Notes under the pieces: generated by a model
Told to the model about the DNA's origin: nothing
What the model saw: the letters and a program-made list of their open reading frames with translations, nothing else
Database searches by the model: none
Part shown: positions 31,601 through 44,592 of the stretch, one piece after another
Layout: every line of letters begins with the position of its first letter
How positions within the stretch are numbered: position 1 is the first letter of the stretch
Made by a program: the position numbers and the translations under genes
Assembly: GCF_009914755.1 (NCBI RefSeq)
Contig: NC_060928.1
DNA from: the human T2T-CHM13v2.0 reference genome, Homo sapiens
Direction: 5' to 3' (one strand)
Length of the DNA stretch: 64,000 bases

Positions 31601-32229
31601 GCCAGCCAGCAGCGACACTTGCAGGTCGAAGAAGAGTTTAAAGGAGAGGGCTGGTCAACACCACAGGTACATTTGAGAATAACCTTCACCTAGCTTTCTA
31701 GGTGAAGCGAGCAGAGGCTGCTGTGCTATGTGCTGGAAGTAGTCTTCTGGGTCTTGCTAAGTAGTGGCAATGGGCTAGCACTGCGTCTTCACATGCTGTC
31801 TTCAAAAGTGTGGATTCCTGCTGATGTGAGGAGTGGAGCCCTATTATCACTGAGCTGCTCAGAAGAAATTGAATTGAAAGGGAGACAATCACCGAGGGAA
31901 ACAACATTCAAAATAATTTTCTACCCTGGATGCCAGCTTTATCCTGCATAGAAAAGAAAAGATTTCTTCTGAGGGAGCAGAGAATTAGAAGGGAGTCCTG
32001 CTGGATACTAAAAATGCACAAAAGGGCTGCCAATGTTTCTATCGGGCAAAGAATCAATGGAGAAACTTTCAGAAGGCAAGGCAGCTTAAGGCTGGTGTAA
32101 GTCTTAGCTACAGAGAGAAGATATTAGGTTAACAGGGAATCGGTCTCAGACCAAACACACAGCTGCCATGCTCTGCATTCGGATCCGTTCATGCCAGGAG
32201 ATAGCAAGTGTGCTAGTTTTGCAGAGAGT

Positions 32230-32435
32230 TTGGAATCAGAAAAATTGGAGTCTGAATTTCATATTGGTTACTTCATAGTTAAGGGACCTTTGGACAATCA
32301 ATAACCCCTCTAGCCTCAGTTTCGTCACTGAAAAAGAGGTTTAACAACGCCATCTTTTAGAGGGGTGCTGTAAGGGTTCAAATGAGATGTTTCATGTTAA
32401 AGTTCTCAGTACATAGTACATGCTCAATAAAAAAC
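32230..32435 (+). mobile_element. MIR remnant
   Basis: ggaatcaga...cctcagtttc...aaatgagat...tgctcaataaa. Confidence 0.7.
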
Positions 32436-32536
32436 AGCAACAAACGCTAAGTATCTGGCACTGATTTAAGGTGCTTTGTGTGTATTAACTTCACTTGGTC
32501 CTCATAAGAACCCTATGAGAGTAGCCACCATTATTA

Positions 32537-33177
<641 letters not shown>

Positions 33178-36100
33178 CATTATCCCTATTTTACAGATGT
33201 GGAGACTTAGGCACAAAGAAGTTAGGTAGTTGCCCATGCCCATGAGTTGAGCATGATGGCTTCCCCATCTGCACTCTTTCCCGCTCAGCTACACTGCCTT
33301 TCGTTGGTCCGTTAACACCTAAGGAATTTATGGACAATAGAGACCCATGAATCCTTGCAACAAATGGAGAAAAGGAAGAGATAGAGAAGGGGGTGATGGA
33401 GGGGAGTAGGGACCAGTCGTTTCAGTATAAAGGTACTGAAGGAAGCTGAAAGACTTTTCTATTGAGAAATAGAGCAAGTAAAAATAATTTTTGTCTTTAT
33501 TTCCCTATAGAAGTTAAGATATGCCCCAATTTCCTAAAACTTGTACCACTCATGGGCCTGGTCAATTTGCAACTCTAAACATTCGCCACTGCTGTACCTA
33601 CAGCTTCCTAGAGCAAGCCTGTCTCTGCTATTAACTGTAAATGAAGAAGGAAGGGTAAAGAGGTCGTTAGCTGTTTGTAAGCTTCTATTTCGCCAAAGCT
33701 GTAAAGCACATGGTGGCACTATGGCTACATACACAACTGTGTATTAATCCTTCTGGTACCCAGATTAGCTTCATGCTTCAGGAAGGAGAAAAAACTAAAC
33801 TTGCAGCATGCCCTATAGAGCAGAGCTTGCTTCATGGGATTAGATCTCCAATAACACTGGTTATCCTTAACTCTCTGCACAAGGAACTAAGAAAACAGAA
33901 GACACTCCATGTGTAACTTTGTCCCATGAAAGTTCATTTTCAGAATGCTGAAATCATATTCCGTAAGTTCTTTTTCTTCTCCTGTGCCAGTGACCGTAAA
34001 GTACAGAAGCACATCCGTTCTCAGGTGACACCCAGCTTTGCGGTGGAAAAAGCACTTCAGTAAGGGGTGGTGAGGCTGACACCTCGTTCATGCTGCTCAG
34101 TGACTGTCACTGTTGGCAGCGGGCAGCGGAGAGGCAAGTTCCAGGAGGTACCGGACACAGGATGAAGCGGGCTGCATCTTCCCAGGGAGTAAAACAATCC
34201 ATGAAATGCACTGGACTTTACGACGTGCCCCGAAGCATGTTTGTACTGTCCTCCAACTGGTTACTTCAGCCAGTTACCAACTGTTCCAGAAAAGGAGCCA
34301 GTTTGTGAACACCATATAGCCCTTGCTTCTGAATCCTCAGCTGCCTAGACTTCAGTCATTTTATTATGAAAAAGCCCCTCCATCCAGAAAGTAAGCCAAG
34401 GAAGTGGAAAAAAGCAAGAAAAGAGGTTTATTTCTGGTTAATATTTTTGGTAAAAAGTTGATAGAGGAGGAGGTGGAAATTAACAGCTAATGGGGAGGGA
34501 ATCATCACTTATTTTCACTCAACAAAATCATCATCTATCACAACATATTCCCTTTGGCCCGGGTCAAAGACAGGCTAGCTGGAAGACTTACATAATTCAT
34601 AAATATTCAGTAACTCTTCAGTAGCAGCATCTGGAAGTTGATGGTATGGACATCAAAGAGCCCAAGCCCCCTGTTAATTTCCCTGGGTTTTGAAAATACA
34701 ATCTTATAAAACTTTTATCTCCTTGAGTTTCTTTTCTGGATACAAGTGAAATGGCTGTGGAAAGTATATTTTGATTTTTCTCCTGTAGAAAATCTAAGGG
34801 CTAAGATATGAAGGGGCAGGGGTGTCATAGTGAGTGGACAATTCCAGGCCAGGCATGGGATGTGGGGTCAGCAGCACAGGGCTGAGAAAGGAAAAGACTT
34901 ACAATAAATAATAAAAGTCCATAAAGGATTATGGCTCTAAATAGTGATACATTTTGCTAAGTGCCTATTGTGACACCAGTATTTCCACCTTTAACACCTG
35001 AGGGCCAACAGAGAGTTTTGTCTCATGCAGAAGAGAAGGCTCATCTACTTAAAATCAACCCTCCCCAAGTGCCACCACTGAAACCAAACGTTACAGGGAT
35101 TCTCATTTTGACAGCAATAACAAAACCAAAAGAAAACAGAAAAGAAGGTGAGTACAGACTGTGAGAGAAAGTTTGGAAAAGACCTTCTTTGGTAATGACA
35201 CAACAGTTTTAAAGGAGCAATAGAGAAGAAACAGATTTTTTTTCTAAGAGACAGTAACTTTCAAGACTAAACTTGGGAATGACAAATAGAAAAGAAAAAG
35301 ATTAAATAAAGAAAGACTGCACTGTAATGAGTTTTTACTTGGAACTCAGAAGGGACTAGATAGATCAGGGTGGCATGAAATTCTATTAAATGTAAGAGTT
35401 TCTGGCAAATCATCCTAAAGTGACAGTCTGACTTCTATCTGCACAGAGACAAATTACCTTAGTAGATTTTTTTAAAATAGTGAATCTTAAAAAAAAAATT
35501 CTTCGGTGAATTAATCAAGTAAAAGTACTCGATTATCATATATTCAGCCATATATTATGTGACCTAACAGGGTTTACAGATTTCGAGAGCTGGATAAAAC
35601 ATGTCTGAAAGAATCTGGGGTAATTTTTAATTTTCTTTTGTGTTACTTTAAGGAAATTTTAAAAACAAGCTATCTGACTTAGATATATGTCTGAGAAACT
35701 ATATGTTGCAAAAAGAGAGCTGGAAGTCCCAGCGTGGGGTACAACAGTTCTGTGGGAGCCAACGTGTTCTTTCTCTAACCACTACCTGCTCCCCAGCAGA
35801 CCTCAGCCCCTGGGCCCCTCACCAGGTGGTTTTCTATCCCTCCTGGTAACAGTGTCTTCCTCTTCTCTACTCAGACCCAGTTGTTAAGCCATTGCAATAC
35901 TGGTTTTCCATGTTGATACATCATGTTATTTTTTAAGAACTGAAATGCCACAGATGTGTCAGTATTTTAAAAACTCTGACCTTTGAATCACTTAGACCTT
36001 GAGAAACCCTCCAGGAGTTACACACGGCATTAACATTTTGAAGTGTACAGGAAGCAGTTAGTTGAGAAAATAGTTTTCCATGTTTCCAAAAGCCACGAGA

Positions 36101-37729
36101 AAAGGCAGGCAACAGATGAAAGTTATCTCAATAATTAATCTGACTTTAGTTCAAACATCTTTTGAATATGTGGAATATGCATGTTAGAGAATTAAAATGA
36201 ATACAGGTAACTTGCATATGGGATCTCCATGTCTGTGTTTCATATAATGAAACTAAAGGAAATGAGAACAAACCGGAAATGTTTTCTTTGAACAAAAACT
36301 AGAGCTTGCTAATAATAACAGATTACAGGCCTTGCCAAAAGACAAAAAAAGTGTTTTTTTTTTTAATGCTTCTTAAACATATCAAATAAGAAAGGTGGGT
36401 TTATTCAAAGATAAGGAATAAAGGAAATCTTTGTATTAGTTATAACTACCTCCTCAACATTTCCTCAAGTACTTTAAGGTGAGAAGACATTCTTCGAGAA
36501 GCTGGAATAGCTTACATGAAAATAAGGTCACAACTGAAAAACAAAAACACTTTATTTTTACATATTTCACTTTTTGAAAAGATCAAATAAGAATATTTCA
36601 TTTTCAACTTAATTTTCATGATTAATGCCGTTTTCTTCACTTTTAGTGATTTTCTTTTTCTCAACTATTACTTCCTTTTATTAATTTATTTGCTAATAAC
36701 TTAATAGACGCTTATATTTCTTTTCATATATTTATATATGTACATGTTGTATAACATATTTATAAGTAATTGTATTTGAAATATATTAAGTGCTTAGTTC
36801 TACATATTTTTGTAAAAAAATTTCGAACACTTTAAAAAATAAAATGCAAACACTCTATACAGTTGCATCAGTATCATGTGAAATATAGAAGAAAACCCTG
36901 ACACAGTCCTTTTGTTCTGCAGTAGCAATCACTCTATGTGGCCTAGGACCATGTGTGGTCTTCCTAACTTCCTCATTTTCATTTTGAATGAGCAGTTGTA
37001 GAGCTGTTGCTTCTGAAATGTGCCCAGATATTAACATGTTACGTATAACAATCAGGGCCAGTTGTCTTACTAACATCCTTGCAGTCAATTGAAAAGGTAA
37101 TCTATAATGAAAGAAAACACTTTTAATGGTACGCATGAACATTGCCCTTCCCTTTTCAATACCACAGAAATGAGGAACCCTGTTCCTAAAGATTTTATTT
37201 ATTGTGACGAAAAGGACCCCGGATGGCAGGTTAGGGAATGTGGGGGTGGACAAGAGTGCCCAAGATTAAAAATGACTGTGAGTCTCAGCCCTGAAGGCAA
37301 CCCTGACCATCTGAAAGAGAAAATTCTGTATTTGACCATACAAGGGACATAACAGGGACCTCCTGTGACCCCAGTGGGTTAGGCCTGAAAACTCGGTCAT
37401 TGATCATGTTGGGCTCACACATTTTCAAAGAAAGAGGGGCAGTTGTGAATAAAACTTGGATTATTCCTATACATTGGCAAGCTTCAGCTGGGGCATTTAT
37501 CTAAAAATCGAGGCTGGCATTGCAGATTCAGTGTGTTTCTAAATGGGCCTGTGGGCAGAGGGGACTCAAGGGTTCTCAATCACTCTACTAGCATATAGGC
37601 AGCAGATTTTCTTCTTTAATTTTTGGAGGTGACAAGGAAGCTAAGATGGGTTTCCTCTCCTCCAATTCCGTTGATGCGGCTGCATAACTTGGCTGTGGCC
37701 AATGAAACAGAAACTGTAGCAATTAAAAA

Positions 37730-37980
37730 CTAAAGGTGTTGTTAATTTTGTAAGATGTGAACTAGCATCATGGAAAATCTCCTTACTTTTTAGAGATATA
37801 TACCAAAGAATCTGGGAATGAATGTTTGATATCTGGGATGTGACTTAAAATGCAGGAGGAAAAAGGACGGGTAAACCAAGTGTGGCAAAATGTTGATACT
37901 TGTTCAATATGGGTGATGGGAATATAGTGATTCATTATTTTTTCTATTTTGGTTAAAAAATTTCATAATAATAAAAAATC
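37730..37980 (+). mobile_element. Old L1 (L1M) 3' remnant
   Basis: gtggcaaaatgttgatacttgtt...gggtgatgg...aaaatttcataata. Confidence 0.55.
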
Positions 37981-38059
37981 AATAGCAACGACCAAACAAA
38001 AAATCCAACCCAGACAAGCCACCAAACAGAATAAGAAATGGCAGTAAAAGAAAATACAA

Positions 38060-38520
<461 letters not shown>

Positions 38521-38696
38521 TCATTAAAAAAATTTTAATGATAAGCACAGAGTTGATCGGGCCTTTGAAATATTCTCTGTCTCCCTCTGTCTCTGTCTCT
38601 CATGAAAACTGTTAGAACTGCAGATTCAATCTTCTTAAAAGTCATTTTGACAATTGGTACCAATAGCCTGAAAAATGTGAATACTGTTTTGAGTCA

Positions 38697-39096
38697 TGTC
38701 AGGCCTCTGAGCCCAAGCCAAGCCATCGCATCCCCTGTGACTTGCACGTATATGCCTAGATGGCCTGAAGTAACTGAAGAATCACAAAAGAAGTGAATAT
38801 GCCCTGCCCCACCTTAACTGATGACATTCCACCACAAAAGAAGTGTAAATGGCCGGTCCTTGCCTTAACTGATGACATTACCTTGTGTGCGACCCCCACT
38901 CCTGCCTGCCAGAGAACAAACCCCCTTTGACTGTAATTTTCCTTTACCTACCCAAATCCTATAAAACGGCCCCACCCTTATCTCCCTTTGCTGACTCTCT
39001 TTTCGGACTCAGCCCACCTGCACCCAGGTGAAATAAACAACCATGTTGCTCACACAAGGCCTGTTTGGTGGTCTCTTCACACGGACGTGCATGAAA
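38697..39096 (+). promoter_or_regulatory. 5' LTR7 (400 bp, 52-bp U3 deletion relative to the 3' LTR)
   Basis: TATAAAA at 38960-38966, AATAAA at 39032-39037, ACAAAAGA at 38834-38841. Aligned by eye to the 3' LTR. Confidence 0.95.
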
Positions 39097-39098
39097 TT

Positions 39099-39116
39099 TG
39101 GTGCCGTGACTCGGAT
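39099..39116 (+). other. Primer-binding site complementary to the tRNA-His 3' end
   Basis: TGGTGCCGTGACTCGGAT, 2 nt after the 5' LTR; this defines HERV-H. Confidence 0.95.
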
Positions 39117-39240
39117 CGGGGGACCTCCCTTGGGAGATCAATCCCCTGTCCTCCTGTTCTTTGCTCCGTGAGAAAGATCCACCTACGACCTCAGGTCCTC
39201 AGACCGACCAGCCCAAGAAACATCTCACCAATTTCAAATC

Positions 39241-39248
39241 CGGTAAGC
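39241..39248 (+). promoter_or_regulatory. HERV-H major splice donor
   Basis: CG|GTAAGC about 145 nt downstream of the 5' LTR, at the typical HERV-H leader position. Confidence 0.7.
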
Positions 39249-39703
39249 GGCCTCTTTTTACTCTCTTCTCCAACCTCCCTCACTATCCCTCAACCTCTTT
39301 CTCCTTTCAATCTTGGCGCCACAATTCAATCTCTCCCTTCTCTTAATTTCAATTCCTTTCATTTCCTGGTAGAGACAAAGGAGACACGTTTTATCCGTGG
39401 ACCCAAAACTCTGGCGCCAGTCACGGACTGGGAAGGCAGCCTTCCCTTGGTGTTTAATCATTGCAGGGCTGCCTCTCTGATTATTCACCCACGTTTCAAA
39501 GGTGTCAGACCACGCAGGGACGCCTGCCTTAGTCCTTCACCCTTAGTGGCAAGTCCCGCTTTCCTGGGGCAGGGGCAAGTACCCCAACCCCTTCTCTCCG
39601 TGTCTCTACCCCTTCTCTGCTTTTCTGGAAGAGGGGCAAGTACCACTCAACCCCTTCTCCTTCACCCTTAGCGGCAAGTCCCGCTTTTCTACGGGGCAAG
39701 AAC

Positions 39704-39993
39704 CCCCAATCCCTTATTTCTGCACCCCAACCTCTTATCTCTGTGCCCCAATCCCTTATTTACGCACCCCAACCTCGTATCTCTGTGCCCCAATCCCTTA
39801 TTTCCGTGCCCCAACCTCTTATATCTCTGCACCCCAATCCCTTATTTCTGCACCCCAACCTCTTTTATCTCTGTGCCCCAATCCCTTATTTCCATGCCCC
39901 GACCTCTTATTTCTGTGCCCCATCCCTTATTTCCATGCCCTGACCTCTTATCTCTGCGCCCCAACCTCTTATCTCTGTGCCCCAACCCCTTTT
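39704..39993 (+). repeat. HERV-H leader minisatellite, ~13.5 copies of a ~21-bp unit alternating CCCCAATCCCTTATTTC(T/C)GCA and CCCCAACCTCTTATCTCTGTG
   Basis: Units counted by eye; 20-23 bp long, with A/B alternation. Confidence 0.9.
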
Positions 39994-40078
39994 CCCACTT
40001 TTCTGGAAGGTAAGAACCCCCGAACCCCTTCCCTCCATTTCTCTACTCTCTCTTTTCTCTAGGCTTGCTTCCTTCACT

Positions 40079-41337
40079 ATGGGCAACCTTCCACCCTCCA
40101 TTCCTCCTTCTACTCCCTTGGCCTGTGTTCTCAAAAACTTAAAACCTCTTCAACTTACACCTGACCTAAAACCTAAATGCCTTATTTTCTTCTGCAATGC
40201 CGCTTGACCCCAATACAAACTCGACAGTAGTTCCAAATAGCCAGAAAATGGCACTTTGAATTTTTCCATCCTGCAAGATCTAAATAATTCTTGTCGTAAA
40301 ATAGGCAAACGGTCTGAGGTGCCTGACATCCAGGCATTCTTTTACACATCAGTCCCTTCCTAGTCTCTGTGCCCAGTGCAACTTGTCCCAAATCTTCCTT
40401 CTTTCCCTCCCGCCTGTCCCCTCAGTATTAACCCCAAGCGTCGCTGAGTCTTTCTAATCTTCCTTTTCTACAGACCCATCTGACCTCTCCCTTCCTCCCC
40501 AGGCTGCTCTTCGCCAGGCCGAGCTAGGTCCCAATTCTTCCTCAGCCTCTGCTCCTCCACCCTATATAATCTTTTTATCACCTCCCCTCCTCACACCTGG
40601 TCCGGCTTACAGTTTCGTTCCGTGACTAGCCCTCCCCATCCTGCCCAGCAATTTACTCTTAAAAAGGTGGCTGGAGCTAAAGGCATAGTCAAGGTTAATG
40701 CTCCTTTTTCTTTATCCCAAATCAGATAGCGTTTAGGCTCTTTTTCATCAAATATAAAAATCCAGCCCAGTTCATGACTCGTTTGGCAGCAACCCTGAGA
40801 CACTTTACAGCCCTAGACCCTAAAAGGTCAAAAGGCCGTCTTATTCTCAAAATACATTTTATTACCCAATCTGCTACCGACATTAAATAAAACTCCAAAA
40901 ATTAAATTCCGGCCCTGAAACCCCACAACAGGATTTAATTAACCTCGCCTTCAAGGTGTACAATAATAGAAAAAAGTTGCAATTCCTTGCCTCCACTGTG
41001 AGACAAACCCCAGCCACATCTCCAGCACATAAGAACTTCCAAACGCCTGAACCGCAGCGGCCAGGCGTTCCTCCAGAACCTCCTCCCACAGGAGCTTGCT
41101 ACACGTGCCGGAAATCTGGCCACTGGGCCAAGGAATGCCCGCAGCCTGGGATTCCTCCTAAGCTACGTCCCATCTGTGTGGGACCCCACTGAAAATCGGA
41201 CTGTTCAACTCACCTAGCAGCCACTCCCAGAGCCCCTGGAACTCTAGCCCAAGGCTCTCTGACTGACTCCTTCCCAGATCTTCTCGGCTTAGCGGCTGAA
41301 GACTGACACTGCCCGATCGCCTCAGAAGCCCCCTAGA
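40079..41337 (+). pseudogene. Degenerate HERV-H gag, including an intact CCHC zinc knuckle CYTCRKSGHWAKEC (41097-41138)
   Basis: MGNLPPSIPP-like start at about 40079, Cx2Cx4Hx4C in ORF 40956..41192, a broken second knuckle, and multiple stops and frameshifts. Boundaries approximate. Confidence 0.8.
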
Positions 41338-41339
41338 TC

Positions 41340-43560
41340 ATCACGGATGCTGAGCTTCGGGTAACTCTCACAGTGGAAGGTAAGCCCGTCCCCTTCTTAA
41401 TCAATTCGGAGGCTACCCACTCCACATTACCTTCTTTTCAAGGGCCTGTTTCCCTTGCCTCCATAACTGTTGTGGGTATTGACAGCCAGGCTTCTAAACC
41501 TCTTAAAACTCCCCAACTCTGGTGCCAACTTGGACAACACTCTTTTAAGCACTCCTTTTTAGTTATCCCCACCTGCCCAGTTCCCTTATTAGGCTGAGAC
41601 ACTTTAACTAAATTATCTGCTTCCCTGACTATTCCTGGACTACAGCAATATCTCATTGCCGCCCTTCTTCCCAATCCAAAGCCTCCTTTGCGTCCTCCTC
41701 TTGTATCCCCCCACCTTAACCCACAAGTATAAGATACCTCTACTCCCTCCTTGGCGACCGATCATGCACCCCTTACCATCTCATTAAAACCTAATCACCC
41801 TTACCCCACTCAACGCCAATATCCCATCCCGCAGCACGCTTTAAAAAGATTAAAGCCTGTTATCACTCACCTGCTACAGCATGGCCTTTTAAAGCCTATA
41901 AACTCTCCTTACAATACCCCCATTTTACCTGTCCTAAAACCAGACAAGCCTTTACAAGTTAGTTCAGGATCTGCGCCTTATCAACCAAATTGTTTTGCCT
42001 ATCCACCCCGTGGTGCCAAACCCATATACTCTCCTATCCTCAATACCTGCCTCTACAACCCATTATTCTGTTCTAGATCTCAAACATGCTTTCTTTACTA
42101 TTCCTTTGCACCCTTCATCCCAGCCTCTCTTCGCTTTCACTTGGACTGACCCTGACACTCATCAAGCTCAGCAAATTACCTAGGCTGTACTGCCGCAAAG
42201 CTTCACAGACAGCCCCCATTACTTCAATCCAGCCCAAATTTCTTCCTCATCTGTTACCTATCTCGGCATAATTCTCATAAAAACACACGTGCTCTCCCTG
42301 CCAATCGTGTCCAACTGATCTCTCAAACCCAAGCACCTTCTACAAAACAACAACTCCTTTCCTTCCTAGGCATGGTTAGCGCGGTCAGAATTCTTACACA
42401 AGAGCCAGGACCACACCCTGTAGCCTTTCTGGCCAAACAACTTGACCTTACTGTTTTAGCCTAGCCCTCGTGTCTGCGTGCAGTGGCTGCTGCTGCTTTA
42501 ATACTTTTAGAGGCCCTCAAAATCACAAACTATGCTCAACTCACTCTCTACAGTTCTCATAACTTCCAAAATGTATTGTCTTCCTCATACCTGACGCATA
42601 TACTTTCTGCTCCCCGGCTCCTTCAGCTGTACTCACTCTTTGTTGAGTCTCCCACAATTACCATTGTTCCTGGCTCGGACTTCAATCCGGCCTCCCACAT
42701 TATTCCTGATACCACACCTGACCCCCATGACTGTATCTCTCTGATCCACCTGACATTCACCCCATTTCCCCAAATTTCCTTCTTTCCTGTTCCTCACCCT
42801 GATCACGCTTGATTTATTGATGGCGGTTCCACCAGGCCTAATCGCCACACACCAGCAAAGGCAGGTTATGCTATAGTACAAGCCACTAGCCCGCCTCTTA
42901 GAACCTCTCATTTCCTTTCCATCGTGGAAATCTATCCTCAAGGAAATAACTTCTCAGTGTTCCATCTGCTATTCTGCTACTCCTCAGGGATTATTCAGGC
43001 ACCCTCCCTTCCCTACACATCAAGCTCGAGGATTTGCCCCACCTAGTACTGGTAAATTAGCTTTACTCAACATGCCCTGAGTCAGATAACTAAAATACCT
43101 CTTAGTCTAGGTAGATACTTTCACTGGATAGGTAGAGGCCTTTCCTACAGGGTCTGAGAAGGCCACCGCAGTCATTTCTTCCCTTCTGTCAGACATAATT
43201 CCTCAGTTTAGCCTTCCCACCTCAATACAGTCTGATAACAGACGAGCCTTTATTAGTCAAATCAGCCAAGCAGTTTTTCAGGCTCTTAGTATTCAGTGAA
43301 ACCTTTATATCCCTTATGGTCCTCCGTCTTCAAGAAAAGTAGAATGGACTAAAGTAAAGGTCTTTTAAAACACACCTCACCAAGCTCAGCCACCAACTTA
43401 AAAAGGACTGGACAATACTTTTACCACTTTCCCTTCTCAGAATTCAGGCCTGTCCTCAGAATGCTACAGGGTACAGCCCATTTAAGCTCCTGTATAGACG
43501 CTCCTTTTTATTAGGCCCCAGTCTCATTCCAGACACCAGACCAACTTAGACTGTGCCCCC
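41340..43560 (+). pseudogene. Degenerate HERV-H pro-pol (protease, RT, RNase H and integrase remnants)
   Basis: Protease-like VPFLINSEATHS...CPVPLLG, RT motif YSVLDLKHAFFTIPL...FAFTW, RNase H-like FIDGGS, integrase-like VDTFTG..EAFP and SDN. Stops, frameshifts and internal deletions. Confidence 0.85.
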
Positions 43561-44129
43561 CACCAAAAAAAACCTTGTCATCCCTACTATTTTCTGTCTA
43601 GTCATACTCCTATTCACCGTTCTCAACTACTCATACATGCCCTGCTCTTGTTTACACTGCCGGTTTACACTGTTTTTCCAAGGCATCACAGCTGATATCT
43701 CCTGGTGCTATCCCCAAACTGCCACTCTAAACTCTTGAAGTAAATAAATAATCTTTGCTGGCAGGACTATGCCGAATCTCCTTAAGCACTCTCTAATCAG
43801 ATATCCTGAGTCATCCTAATTCTTAGACCTTTTATACCTGTTTTTCTCCTTCTGTTATTCCATTTAGCTTTTCAATTCATACAAAACCGTATCCAGGCCA
43901 TCACCAATCATTGTATACGACAAATGTTTCTTCTAACATCCCCACAATATCACCCCTTACAAGACCTCCCTTCAGCTTAATCTCTCCCACTCTAGGTTCC
44001 CACGCCGCCCCTAATCCCGCTTGAAGCAGCCCTGAGAAACATCGCCCATTCTCTCTCCATACCACCCCCCAAAAATTTTCGCCACCCCAACACTTCAACA
44101 CTATTTTGTTTTATTTTTCTTATTAATAT

Positions 44130-44142
44130 AAGAAGGCAGGAA
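44130..44142 (+). other. Polypurine tract of HERV-H
   Basis: AAGAAGGCAGGAA immediately before the 3' LTR TG. Confidence 0.85.
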
Positions 44143-44592
44143 TGTCAGGCCTCTGAGCCCAAGCCAAACCATCACATCCCCTGTGACTTGCACGTATATG
44201 CCCAGATGGCCTGAAGTAACTGAAGAATCACAAAAGAAGTGAATATGCCCAGCCCCACCTTAACTGATGACATTCCACCACAAAAGAAGTGTAAATGGCT
44301 GGTCCTTGCCTTAACTGATGACATTACCTTGTGAAAGTCCTTTTCCTGGCTCATCCTGGCTCAAAAGCACCCCCACTGAGCACCTTGCGACCCCCACTCC
44401 TGCCCGCCAGAGAACAAACCCCCTTTGACTGTAATTTTCTTTTACCTACCCAAAACCTATAAAACGGCCCCACCCTTAACTCCCTTCGCTGACTCTTTTC
44501 GGACTCAGCCCACCTGCACCCAGGTGAAATAAACAGCCATGTTGCTCACACAAAGCGTGCTTGGTGGTCTCTTCACAGGGACGCGCATGAAA
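44143..44592 (+). promoter_or_regulatory. 3' LTR7 (450 bp, full length)
   Basis: TATAAAA at 44458-44464 and AATAAA at 44528-44533. About 16 substitutions versus the 5' LTR, counted by eye. Confidence 0.95.

Larger units (their letters stand above)
38697..44592 (+). mobile_element. HERV-H provirus (LTR7-HERVH-int-LTR7), ~5.9 kb internally deleted type, antisense to ZNF827
   Basis: Two LTRs TGTCAGGCC...CATGAAA, 5-bp TSD AGTCA (38692-38696 and 44593-44597), tRNA-His PBS, PPT, and gag/pro/pol remnants. No intact env seen. Confidence 0.97.

Noticed and set aside
38988-39671. 227-aa ORF, the longest in the track
   Set aside because: It runs through LTR R/U5, the PBS and the HERV-H leader, has a non-ATG start and no domain. 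This is C-rich, stop-poor viral non-coding sequence.
39704-39993. CRISPR-like regular repeat
   Set aside because: Head-to-tail degenerate units with no unique spacers, inside a retroviral leader, and no cas genes.
43560-44129. HERV-H env ORF
   Set aside because: Only ~570 bp remain between the integrase remnant and the PPT, with no coding-competent env.
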